From Lentisphaeria bacterium (GTDB taxonomy: Bacteria; Verrucomicrobiota; Lentisphaeria; JABSQK01; CAJWLW01): DNA of 52,236 bases. The position numbers were made by a program, and so were the translations under genes. The stretch spans positions 1-52,236 of the forward strand of contig CAUZJQ010000001.1 of the NCBI GenBank assembly GCA_963580095.1, in the 5' to 3' direction. The stretch's first letter is position 1. Each line of letters starts with the position of its first letter. Shown piece by piece: positions 45,803 through 52,236 of this stretch. The notes under the pieces were generated by a model that was not told the DNA's origin, searched no databases, and saw only the letters and a program-made list of their open reading frames with translations.

Positions 45803-46016
45803 TAGGTTGCCCCTTTTATCTTTCGTGATGTATTCTTTTTCGCTGATTTTACTGCACGAAAGTCCTGCTTCAGCCAAGGCATCGGCGACGCCCGGGGATT
45901 CTGTTATACCGGTCGGACCGAATACCAAAGGCGGAGGCGGCCGGAAAACCTCGCAGGCACCGCGGAGCCCATACAGAAGCAATCGCTATTGTCTCCCATG
46001 ACGCGATCAGACCGTA

Positions 46017-48377
46017 TCAGTCCGCGGGCCGGCTAAAGAATTGGTCAGCCGAAGAAGCGCCGACGTCGCGTTCGTCGATCATATCGCGCTCATCAAGCTC
46101 TTTGAGAAAATGCATGCGGCGCATCGGATGCCCGCCGCGACGCAGCAGCATTGGAACCGCCTCAGCCACGCGCTCAATCGCCGCGTCCATATCCTCGGTC
46201 ATGATGCCGAACGCCCAGAGGCTGAGAAAGTCCATGCCCCGCACGTCGTTCACCGAGAACTCGCCAGGCTGCATGGCGCTGTCCATCATACGTACCGCCA
46301 ACTTTCGGAAACTCTCGTCGCCAGTCTGCTCCCACAGCCTGTACAGTCCAGTGAAGCTCGACCAGTCGCCGTAACCGGTGATCAGCTTCTGTGGGTGCTC
46401 CCTCGAACTTTGCGGATAGGCGTACTTGAACTCGCCGTACTTCTTCTCTGCTTTAAGGAAAAATTCATTGACAATATGCCGAGCTGCATCGATGTACTTG
46501 TCGTCATGCGTCAGGCGATAGGCTGCGGCCAGATTGAGCAGCGGCATCCCCGCCTCACGGCCATCGCACAGGTACTCAACGCGGTTCCAAGCCCACCACA
46601 CGTTGTTGTCGCCGACGTTGACGACAACGTTTCGTGCCCGCTCGTCGCCACTCAGATAATAATAATACAGGATGCCTTCAGGCCATTGATGGCTCGGATA
46701 GACGTTGCCGTTGTAGTGCTGTCCGGAGTGCGGGATGAGACCGCCTTTCTGTAGCGCCTCCGTACTCCATTCGCAAAAGTCCACTTCCATATAGTGCCGA
46801 GCCGCCTCCTTGCCATAGTCCCAGGCGTATGTTTGGCCGGTACGCAGGAAATGCTCGAGTGGAAAATAAACGTGACAGTCGTCTTCATTGTTGCTGCACT
46901 GTACACCGTCGCCACTGACAAGATCACCAAAATGGAACATGCCGATGGCCGGTTGCCGGTCGTAGCAGTGCCGGTTCGGATTACCTGGACTGGGCACCGG
47001 TTCGACCAGGTTCTCGAGTAATGGATACTTCCCCGGCTCGTACGTCAGGAGGTGCTGACAGTCCATCACTTCACAAAAAATCGGCCACGCCGGATCGAAG
47101 GAAACATCAATCGGTTCGACATAGCCGTATTCCCAACGATCGCCGATATCGATGACATCGTCGACGCTCAGCGCCTGCGGCTCACCAGTCAACCAGACGA
47201 TGTGACTCTTGCTGACCCCCTGCACGATTTCCATCGGCGCCGCCCACTTCGGCCAAATTGACCAGGTCACGACGTTCTCATCGATTTCGATCGACTTCGG
47301 ATGCAACTGCCGGAAATGTTCGAACGTCGTCGCGACTGTAAAATCGTCATCCTGCCAACCGATTACCGACCACAACGCACGCATACCCCCGGTCATCAAA
47401 TCGGCTCGAAAGCCCGACTCCCCACCCGGCTGCATGTGATAGGGATACACCGACCAGTCCTCATGCAGACTTTCGATGTTGCGGATAAACACGTTGCCGC
47501 CGGCACATGGGTGCCGAACCGTCGCAGAGACAGCCGACGTCGCGTAGTTGTCTATATCACCGAGACTGCTGGCAACGACCTCGAGGTTCTCGCGTACGAT
47601 GACACTTCGATGGTCCCCCCCCTGCCCGTGATTACGCTGGCGGACCAACTTCCGGGCGCCTCCGTCCATCGTCGTCGGCATAACCAGGCGCATGGACCGG
47701 ACGTCGATCTTGCCGCTGCGCTGCTCACGGCAGTAAAACGTGTGCTCCAGTTTCAGATCGGGGCTGCCGGCAGTGAGCGACAGGCGGAACGCGAAATCCA
47801 GGAAAGTCGACCGGTCACGCGCCTTGTGTGTGCCCGCGATCTTCAACTCGCAGCGCAGCGGCCCCTTGTGTGCAATCGACACCTTGTACGATCCGCTCAA
47901 GCTGGCCCGATGGATCTTGCCGCCGCCGTCGACAACCAGCAGATCCACCGGCTCGCTGCCGTCCACGAGCAATCGCCCGTTGATTACCAACCGCCGGATC
48001 AACGAACCGCCGGCACGACTGACAACAACCTCGCTCAAACCATTCGACAACGTCGTCTCGTTGCCATCACGGCTGACCACGACGGGGTGCCTGACGGTCG
48101 GCTTCTTCGCAGCTTTCTTCGGGACGACGTAGATGCTTTTTCTCTCTTCGCCGCCGAATTTCATCAGGATATCCATCAGCATCCATTCAACACTGCCGTC
48201 CTGTCGACGCTGCAGGACCTTGGCGTTGCTCGGCAGTGTACGTCCCCGCTCATCGACTATGGAGACGCCATCGGTCCTCGTTACCGCACCCGGCGGCAAA
48301 GGCACACCACGAGTCAGCACGTAATTTTCCAGGGGCGTCAAGGTCTCGTTTTTAAGCCGTATTTCTCCGCGTTCCAT
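46017..48377 (-). CDS. Large carbohydrate-active-enzyme-like protein: N-terminal beta-rich region plus a C-terminal (alpha/alpha)-toroid-like region; possibly YetA/PcRGLX-like
   Basis: 786 aa. The N-terminus LTRGVPLPPGAVTRTDGVSIVDERGRTLPSNAKVLQRRQDGSVEWMLMDI resembles the first-domain motif of YetA/exo-rhamnogalacturonan-lyase-like proteins as I recall it. The C-terminal 330 aa are helix-rich with WPEGILYYYYLSGDERA and LAAAYRLTHDDKY repeats, typical of alpha/alpha barrels. The functional call is tentative. Confidence 0.4.
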   Translation of the reverse strand: MERGEIRLKNETLTPLENYVLTRGVPLPPGAVTRTDGVSIVDERGRTLPSNAKVLQRRQDGSVEWMLMDILMKFGGEERKSIYVVPKKAAKKPTVRHPVVVSRDGNETTLSNGLSEVVVSRAGGSLIRRLVINGRLLVDGSEPVDLLVVDGGGKIHRASLSGSYKVSIAHKGPLRCELKIAGTHKARDRSTFLDFAFRLSLTAGSPDLKLEHTFYCREQRSGKIDVRSMRLVMPTTMDGGARKLVRQRNHGQGGDHRSVIVRENLEVVASSLGDIDNYATSAVSATVRHPCAGGNVFIRNIESLHEDWSVYPYHMQPGGESGFRADLMTGGMRALWSVIGWQDDDFTVATTFEHFRQLHPKSIEIDENVVTWSIWPKWAAPMEIVQGVSKSHIVWLTGEPQALSVDDVIDIGDRWEYGYVEPIDVSFDPAWPIFCEVMDCQHLLTYEPGKYPLLENLVEPVPSPGNPNRHCYDRQPAIGMFHFGDLVSGDGVQCSNNEDDCHVYFPLEHFLRTGQTYAWDYGKEAARHYMEVDFCEWSTEALQKGGLIPHSGQHYNGNVYPSHQWPEGILYYYYLSGDERARNVVVNVGDNNVWWAWNRVEYLCDGREAGMPLLNLAAAYRLTHDDKYIDAARHIVNEFFLKAEKKYGEFKYAYPQSSREHPQKLITGYGDWSSFTGLYRLWEQTGDESFRKLAVRMMDSAMQPGEFSVNDVRGMDFLSLWAFGIMTEDMDAAIERVAEAVPMLLRRGGHPMRRMHFLKELDERDMIDERDVGASSADQFFSRPAD

Positions 48378-48597
48378 GAGGATGTGTCCGTCCGTTTATA
48401 TTTTGGGTTGAATCAGAGCTTTGAATATAGCAGATCACAAGAAGATTTCTGCGGGTATCCCTGCGAAACTCGATCGAAACTTGTGGCGCGGCACATTCTT
48501 TACCCAGAGGTGTTATTTCTCTGTACAACTTAGCGAGCACGTTGGCCTGGGACACCGGCTGCTCAGACCCGCATCATCGCCTTTAGCCACAGCCAAC

Positions 48598-48771
48598 CTA
48601 TCCGGATGCGAGATCCTCCCTCATGGCTTGCAATTGTGGGCTCGACAGCGATAATCGCCCGCACTCGCCGGACAATTCAAACTCGAAGCCGGCGATCAAC
48701 TCTGGGCCAATAATCACATCGTGGCCCACAATCGCACGGCGTATGGAGAGCCCCCCCAACAGCCACGCCAT
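48598..48771 (-). CDS. Possible small ORF (57 aa) below the ORF-track cutoff
   Basis: My translation reads MAWLLGGLSIRRAIVGHDVIIGPELIAGFEFELSGECGRLSLSSPQLQAMREDLASG, then a stop. It is on the same strand as both flanking genes. I saw no clear SD and recognised no family, so it could be a gene remnant. Confidence 0.2.
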   Translation of the reverse strand: MAWLLGGLSIRRAIVGHDVIIGPELIAGFEFELSGECGRLSLSSPQLQAMREDLASG

Positions 48772-48867
48772 TATGTTCGTCTGTGGATTTCGACATAGAC
48801 AGATCGCTGCAGGCAGCCATGAGATGGTCAGCCATCGCTGTTCGAGCGATACTGTCTGACAGAAACC

Positions 48868-49707
48868 TTACGTAAAGTTTGTCAGGACCACGACCAAAAT
48901 CGCCAGCATAATCCCAAGGGCCTGACGCCGGTCTACAGCCTCCTTCCACAGCAACCAGGATACCGCCAGATTGAGACTGATCACTACGGTGCCAGCAGTC
49001 GTAAAGACGATTGCGGTCGACATTACGCCCAGGCAGAGCAGCAGAAAAACGATGTTCAGCATATTGGCAACACCGATGCCCAAGCCAAGCCCACAGTCGA
49101 ACTTCGTGACCCGCAGTCGCGCGTAAAGCGCGTAGCCCACCGAAACCGCCATCGCCGCTACAAACACGCAGGCGTTGTACAGCAATTCGCTGTCGTTCTC
49201 GACAATCCGACTGGCAGCCTTGTGTGTCGTCATCATCAGGCTGCCCATGATGAATAGCAGCACCAGTAAGACATCCGCCTTGACACCGCCGTTGACGATG
49301 CCCCCGTCTCGCGGCCGCAGCAGGAAAATTGCCACCGGCACCAGCGCCAGCGCTATCCACTGCATATTCGTTACGGGCTCGTCCCATGCCAGGAAAGCAA
49401 AGATCACCGGCGACAAGTTCGAGGTAGACAGCACCGCAACGGTGACGCCAACGCCGGCAAGCTGGAAGGCACGCAGCAGTAAGGGTAGGGAAACATAGTA
49501 GACGGTACCGTTGCAGAGACCGTAAACGACCAGGCGTATGTCAACCTCGCCATGCCCGGCGATGAGGTACCACGCCACTGTCAGAACAGCAGCAACAGAG
49601 TAGTTTACCGCTGCTGTCGAGAGCACGTCCGTCTTCTTCTGCTGTCCGAAACGGAACAACTGATGAAAGGCGATGCTCGAAGCAATATAGCAACAGAGAT
49701 ATATCAC
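48868..49707 (-). CDS. DMT-superfamily (EamA-like) transporter, about 10 TM
   Basis: 279 aa, almost entirely hydrophobic, with two similar 5-TM halves separated by RPRDGGIVNGG. GTG start. Confidence 0.6.
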   Translation of the reverse strand: MIYLCCYIASSIAFHQLFRFGQQKKTDVLSTAAVNYSVAAVLTVAWYLIAGHGEVDIRLVVYGLCNGTVYYVSLPLLLRAFQLAGVGVTVAVLSTSNLSPVIFAFLAWDEPVTNMQWIALALVPVAIFLLRPRDGGIVNGGVKADVLLVLLFIMGSLMMTTHKAASRIVENDSELLYNACVFVAAMAVSVGYALYARLRVTKFDCGLGLGIGVANMLNIVFLLLCLGVMSTAIVFTTAGTVVISLNLAVSWLLWKEAVDRRQALGIMLAILVVVLTNFT

Positions 49708-49759
49708 GAACTGTCCCGAAATGAACTCGAGACCGGTCTTAGTTGAGTTGCGATTGCAG

Positions 49760-50668
49760 TCAGTCGATGGCGAAGCTGATATTAACTGGTCGGGTCTCGC
49801 CGGGCGCCAGGATGATCAACTTCTCGCGCTCGACCCACCCGTCGTTCGCGAGATCTTCGTACTGCCCGCAACCGCGTGTCCACGGCTCGACGCAGACGAA
49901 GTCGTCGGCCGTATCAGAATACACCACGAAGCTGTCGATGTTAGCGTCGCCGGCAATACGGACGGTGCGCCCGGCACCGCTGTCGCGCAACACGGCTTCG
50001 CCGCCACCGGCCCCGACGAAGCCACAGTCGCACCCTTCGCCGGCAGCAAAAGTAAGTACGTTGCTCTCAAGCGGCGAGATGCCGGTTGGAATGAGTAACT
50101 CCTCGTCCAGGTCCATTCGGTGTGTGCACGGCAGTTCGATGGCTATTTCCGGCTTGCTCGAGATGCAAAAATAGGGATGCAGACCAAACGCTATCGGCGC
50201 GGTCACATTTCCGCAGTTGGTCAATTCTGCGCACATCGCAAGACGCCGTGGACCGAAGCGATAGGTCATGCGCAGACCAACATCAAAAGGCGAAAACCTC
50301 AGCCGTTCCGATTCGGCAATCTCAAACTCGAACCGGGCCTCGATGTCCTCGCCTGCCACAGACCGATCGAGAACATTCCAACTGCCGGGACCGATGTAGC
50401 CATGGCACGGCATGCTGAAAGGCCCCTCGTGACCGAACAATCGAAAACGATCCGCCACCGGTTCCGCACCACTTCGGTCCCAGGTGCGACCAACCGACGG
50501 GAATAGAAGCGGGTTGCCCCCGGCGAAGAAGTCGTTGGCCACCTCGGGAAAACCCTCCGGGCAATACAGCAACTCATCTCCCTCGCATTGCCATGAAAAT
50601 ACATTGCAACCTGACTCCAGGCTCAAGACATAACGGCTGTCACCGGATTCAAAGGTGAGTTCAGACAT
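49760..50668 (-). CDS. Aldose 1-epimerase (galactose mutarotase-like) family protein
   Basis: 302 aa. FAGGNPLLFPSVGR, GFHGP-like HGYIGP, GLHPYF and VCVEPWT are patterns typical of the aldose-epimerase beta-sandwich. GAAGGA SD. Confidence 0.6.
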   Translation of the reverse strand: MSELTFESGDSRYVLSLESGCNVFSWQCEGDELLYCPEGFPEVANDFFAGGNPLLFPSVGRTWDRSGAEPVADRFRLFGHEGPFSMPCHGYIGPGSWNVLDRSVAGEDIEARFEFEIAESERLRFSPFDVGLRMTYRFGPRRLAMCAELTNCGNVTAPIAFGLHPYFCISSKPEIAIELPCTHRMDLDEELLIPTGISPLESNVLTFAAGEGCDCGFVGAGGGEAVLRDSGAGRTVRIAGDANIDSFVVYSDTADDFVCVEPWTRGCGQYEDLANDGWVEREKLIILAPGETRPVNISFAID

Positions 50669-50765
50669 TGTCAGTCCTTCTGTTTGGGAATTTCGAGGTG
50701 TCAGCTTTCAGACAAGGGGATGCAGTGGCCAAGAAAAGATCATCCTACGGAACCCCGGCAGTTCA

Positions 50766-52202
50766 TCATTTTTCCGGCTCATCCATCGCCGGCCATTGGT
50801 GGGTTTCGGGATCGAACAATCGGCTCGGCCCGAAGCATTCCGCCGGATAATGATCCGGCTCGTCGGTCAATCCCAGAATACGGTTGCAGATACAGCGGGC
50901 GCCATTGAAGGACACACCGCTGCCGGACCCACACATGCCGCCAATGATATACTGGCCTTTGCCGTCGATCGCCCCGACCACCGGGTATTCGTCCGGCGTG
51001 TAACCGACGGTGCCGCTCCATTCGTTTTTCATCGCCAGCCGATATGGCCCAAAAAAGCGTAACATCTGCAGCCCGACAAAACGTGACAGGAACCGTGACG
51101 GCAGGTTTCGTCCGGCTTCCTCGTCCGGTACACGGGAGCCGCCCGCACCGAACAGCACGCGCTGCGCATAGCGGCCACCAAACCACCAGGTGCCACTGAC
51201 CCCGATATGCGGCTTCAGGCCTGGCGGACCACCATCGCCGCTGGCTGCCTGTTCCTGCATCGGCAGAATCTTATCGTGAAACCGCGCCAGCAATTTCGGC
51301 GTATACGATTCCGTCGCATAGATCACCGACCGGCAGCGGATGTCACCGCGATCGGTACGGACGATGTAGCCGTCTGCATCGGTGTCGACGACTGTCACTT
51401 TTGTGCGGGTGAACAGCTCGACGTTTTCCGAGCTCAAGGCTTTCTGCAGCAGACACCACACCCACTTGGCCGGGTGCCATGAGGCAGCTGCTATCGAGAA
51501 ACCGGCAGGTTTCGTCAGGCGCATGCCGGATCTCTCGCCCGCCTCCTCGGGTGAAATGCTGACCCAATCCGGAAATCCCTCGGCCGCCGCCATCGCCACC
51601 GAATCGCGCAAACTGTCGGTAGACACGTCTTCCTGTCCCTGCACCCAGCCAGCGCGGTTGTAGTCGCAATCGAATCCTTCGTCACGGATCGTAGATGCAA
51701 TCAGGTCAGCGTTGTAGTATGCCGCTTCGCAATAGCGGTGGGCGAACTGCCGGGCCAGCCGCTCACGTTGCGCCGCATCGAATTGGGCACAGCAATTCCC
51801 GAGGTGCCTGAGGACACGATCGTAGACAACCTTGAAATAACGCCCCACCACTACCAACCCTTCGTTGCGCCCCGAGCTGCCGCTGGCGGGATCGTCCATT
51901 TCCAACACGACCATGCGCCGACCGGCCGGTGCCCGGCGGGCCCAGTGATAGGCACATCCACCGCCAGTAAAACCAGCGCCGATCACGACGACGTCGGCCG
52001 CGTCCGGCAGCTTTGCATCGGCGTTTCCCCAGGGGTGGTTGGCCAGTGGATTCTCATCGAGCAGCCACATCGGTGTCGAGGAAACCGGCCCGTCGACTCG
52101 CAGGCACTTTGCGGCGGACGGGATTGCGACAAAGGTCTGGCAAAGTGCCCATTTAACGAAACAGAACCAGCGCACGAGAAACGGGCGGTCGCCCCAGTTC
52201 AT
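50766..52202 (-). CDS. FAD-dependent oxidoreductase (DAO family)
   Basis: DVVVIGAGFTGGGCAYHWA (GxGxxG), SGRNEG and a C-terminal GGMCGSGSG. The true start may be internal (MWLLDEN at 52070), because the first 44 codons look atypical. Confidence 0.8.
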   Translation of the reverse strand: MNWGDRPFLVRWFCFVKWALCQTFVAIPSAAKCLRVDGPVSSTPMWLLDENPLANHPWGNADAKLPDAADVVVIGAGFTGGGCAYHWARRAPAGRRMVVLEMDDPASGSSGRNEGLVVVGRYFKVVYDRVLRHLGNCCAQFDAAQRERLARQFAHRYCEAAYYNADLIASTIRDEGFDCDYNRAGWVQGQEDVSTDSLRDSVAMAAAEGFPDWVSISPEEAGERSGMRLTKPAGFSIAAASWHPAKWVWCLLQKALSSENVELFTRTKVTVVDTDADGYIVRTDRGDIRCRSVIYATESYTPKLLARFHDKILPMQEQAASGDGGPPGLKPHIGVSGTWWFGGRYAQRVLFGAGGSRVPDEEAGRNLPSRFLSRFVGLQMLRFFGPYRLAMKNEWSGTVGYTPDEYPVVGAIDGKGQYIIGGMCGSGSGVSFNGARCICNRILGLTDEPDHYPAECFGPSRLFDPETHQWPAMDEPEK

Positions 52203-52236
52203 GAGGCGATAAGTAGCGCCGGCCTGAAAGTCCTGT

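Noticed and set aside
1-52236. Search for tRNA, rRNA, tmRNA, RNase P, CRISPR arrays, IS elements or transposases, integrases, phage genes, and toxin-antitoxin or known defence-system genes.
   Set aside because: I found no T-arm/acceptor-like cloverleaf candidates and no conserved RNase P or tmRNA cores. I also found no arrays of spaced repeats, no transposase, integrase or recombinase motifs, and no recognisable defence domains. Detection by eye is limited, so Infernal, tRNAscan, ISfinder, DefenseFinder or PADLOC should be run to confirm.

Overview
52.2-kb GC-rich chromosomal segment with about 46 credible protein-coding genes. I recognised no rRNA, tRNA, CRISPR array, transposase or integrase. 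All family assignments come from motif reading and recalled homologues, because no searches could be run. The housekeeping genes (cysK, aceE, a ybiT-like ABC-F gene, nadB, BolA/Grx4, an NPr-like HPr) most resemble gammaproteobacterial forms; this is inference. The rest looks like a marine heterotroph with sugar and polysaccharide catabolism.

Left to right:
- 1-876: a secreted esterase, partial at the window edge.
- 1369-8673: an oxidative, non-phosphorylative deoxy-sugar cluster of L-rhamnose type. It has a 2-hydroxyacid dehydrogenase, a cog3618-type amidohydrolase/lactonase, a Gfo/Idh/MocA dehydrogenase, RhaM mutarotase, an HpcH/HpaI aldolase and an aldo-keto reductase. An oppositely oriented lipoprotein gene interrupts it.
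- 8815-19010: a possible C45/Ntn-hydrolase, a PhyH dioxygenase, a secreted FG-GAP/ASPIC protein, an orphan aceE and a PqqL-like M16 peptidase.
- 19257-25030: an AKR-BolA-Grx4-SDR-hydroxyacid-oxoacid transhydrogenase run, then MazG-like, Crp-family and 3-hydroxybutyrate dehydrogenase genes.
- 25052-31024: an ABC-2 exporter, a rhomboid-like protein with a zinc ribbon, and a divergent, tightly coupled four-gene operon of membrane proteins carrying B-box-like zinc modules.
- 31455-38011: cysK, then GT2, PhyH, a small RHH-like protein, PhyH, an epimerase and ybiT.
- 38584-45802: a long divergent transketolase-superfamily protein, a Zn-ADH, a 418-aa unknown protein, an NPr-like/NusG-paralog pair and nadB.
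- 46017-52202: a CAZyme-like 786-aa protein, a DMT transporter, an aldose epimerase and an FAD oxidoreductase.

The best candidates for something undescribed are, in order:
1. The zinc-finger membrane-protein locus with its rhomboid-like and ABC-2 neighbours (25.0-31.0 kb).
2. The overlapping HPr/NPr-like and NusG-paralog pair (43.3-44.1 kb).
3. The small RHH-like, CxxC-tailed protein between two PhyH dioxygenases (33.5-35.5 kb).

Several exact short repeats and four unusually long non-coding gaps are also reported.
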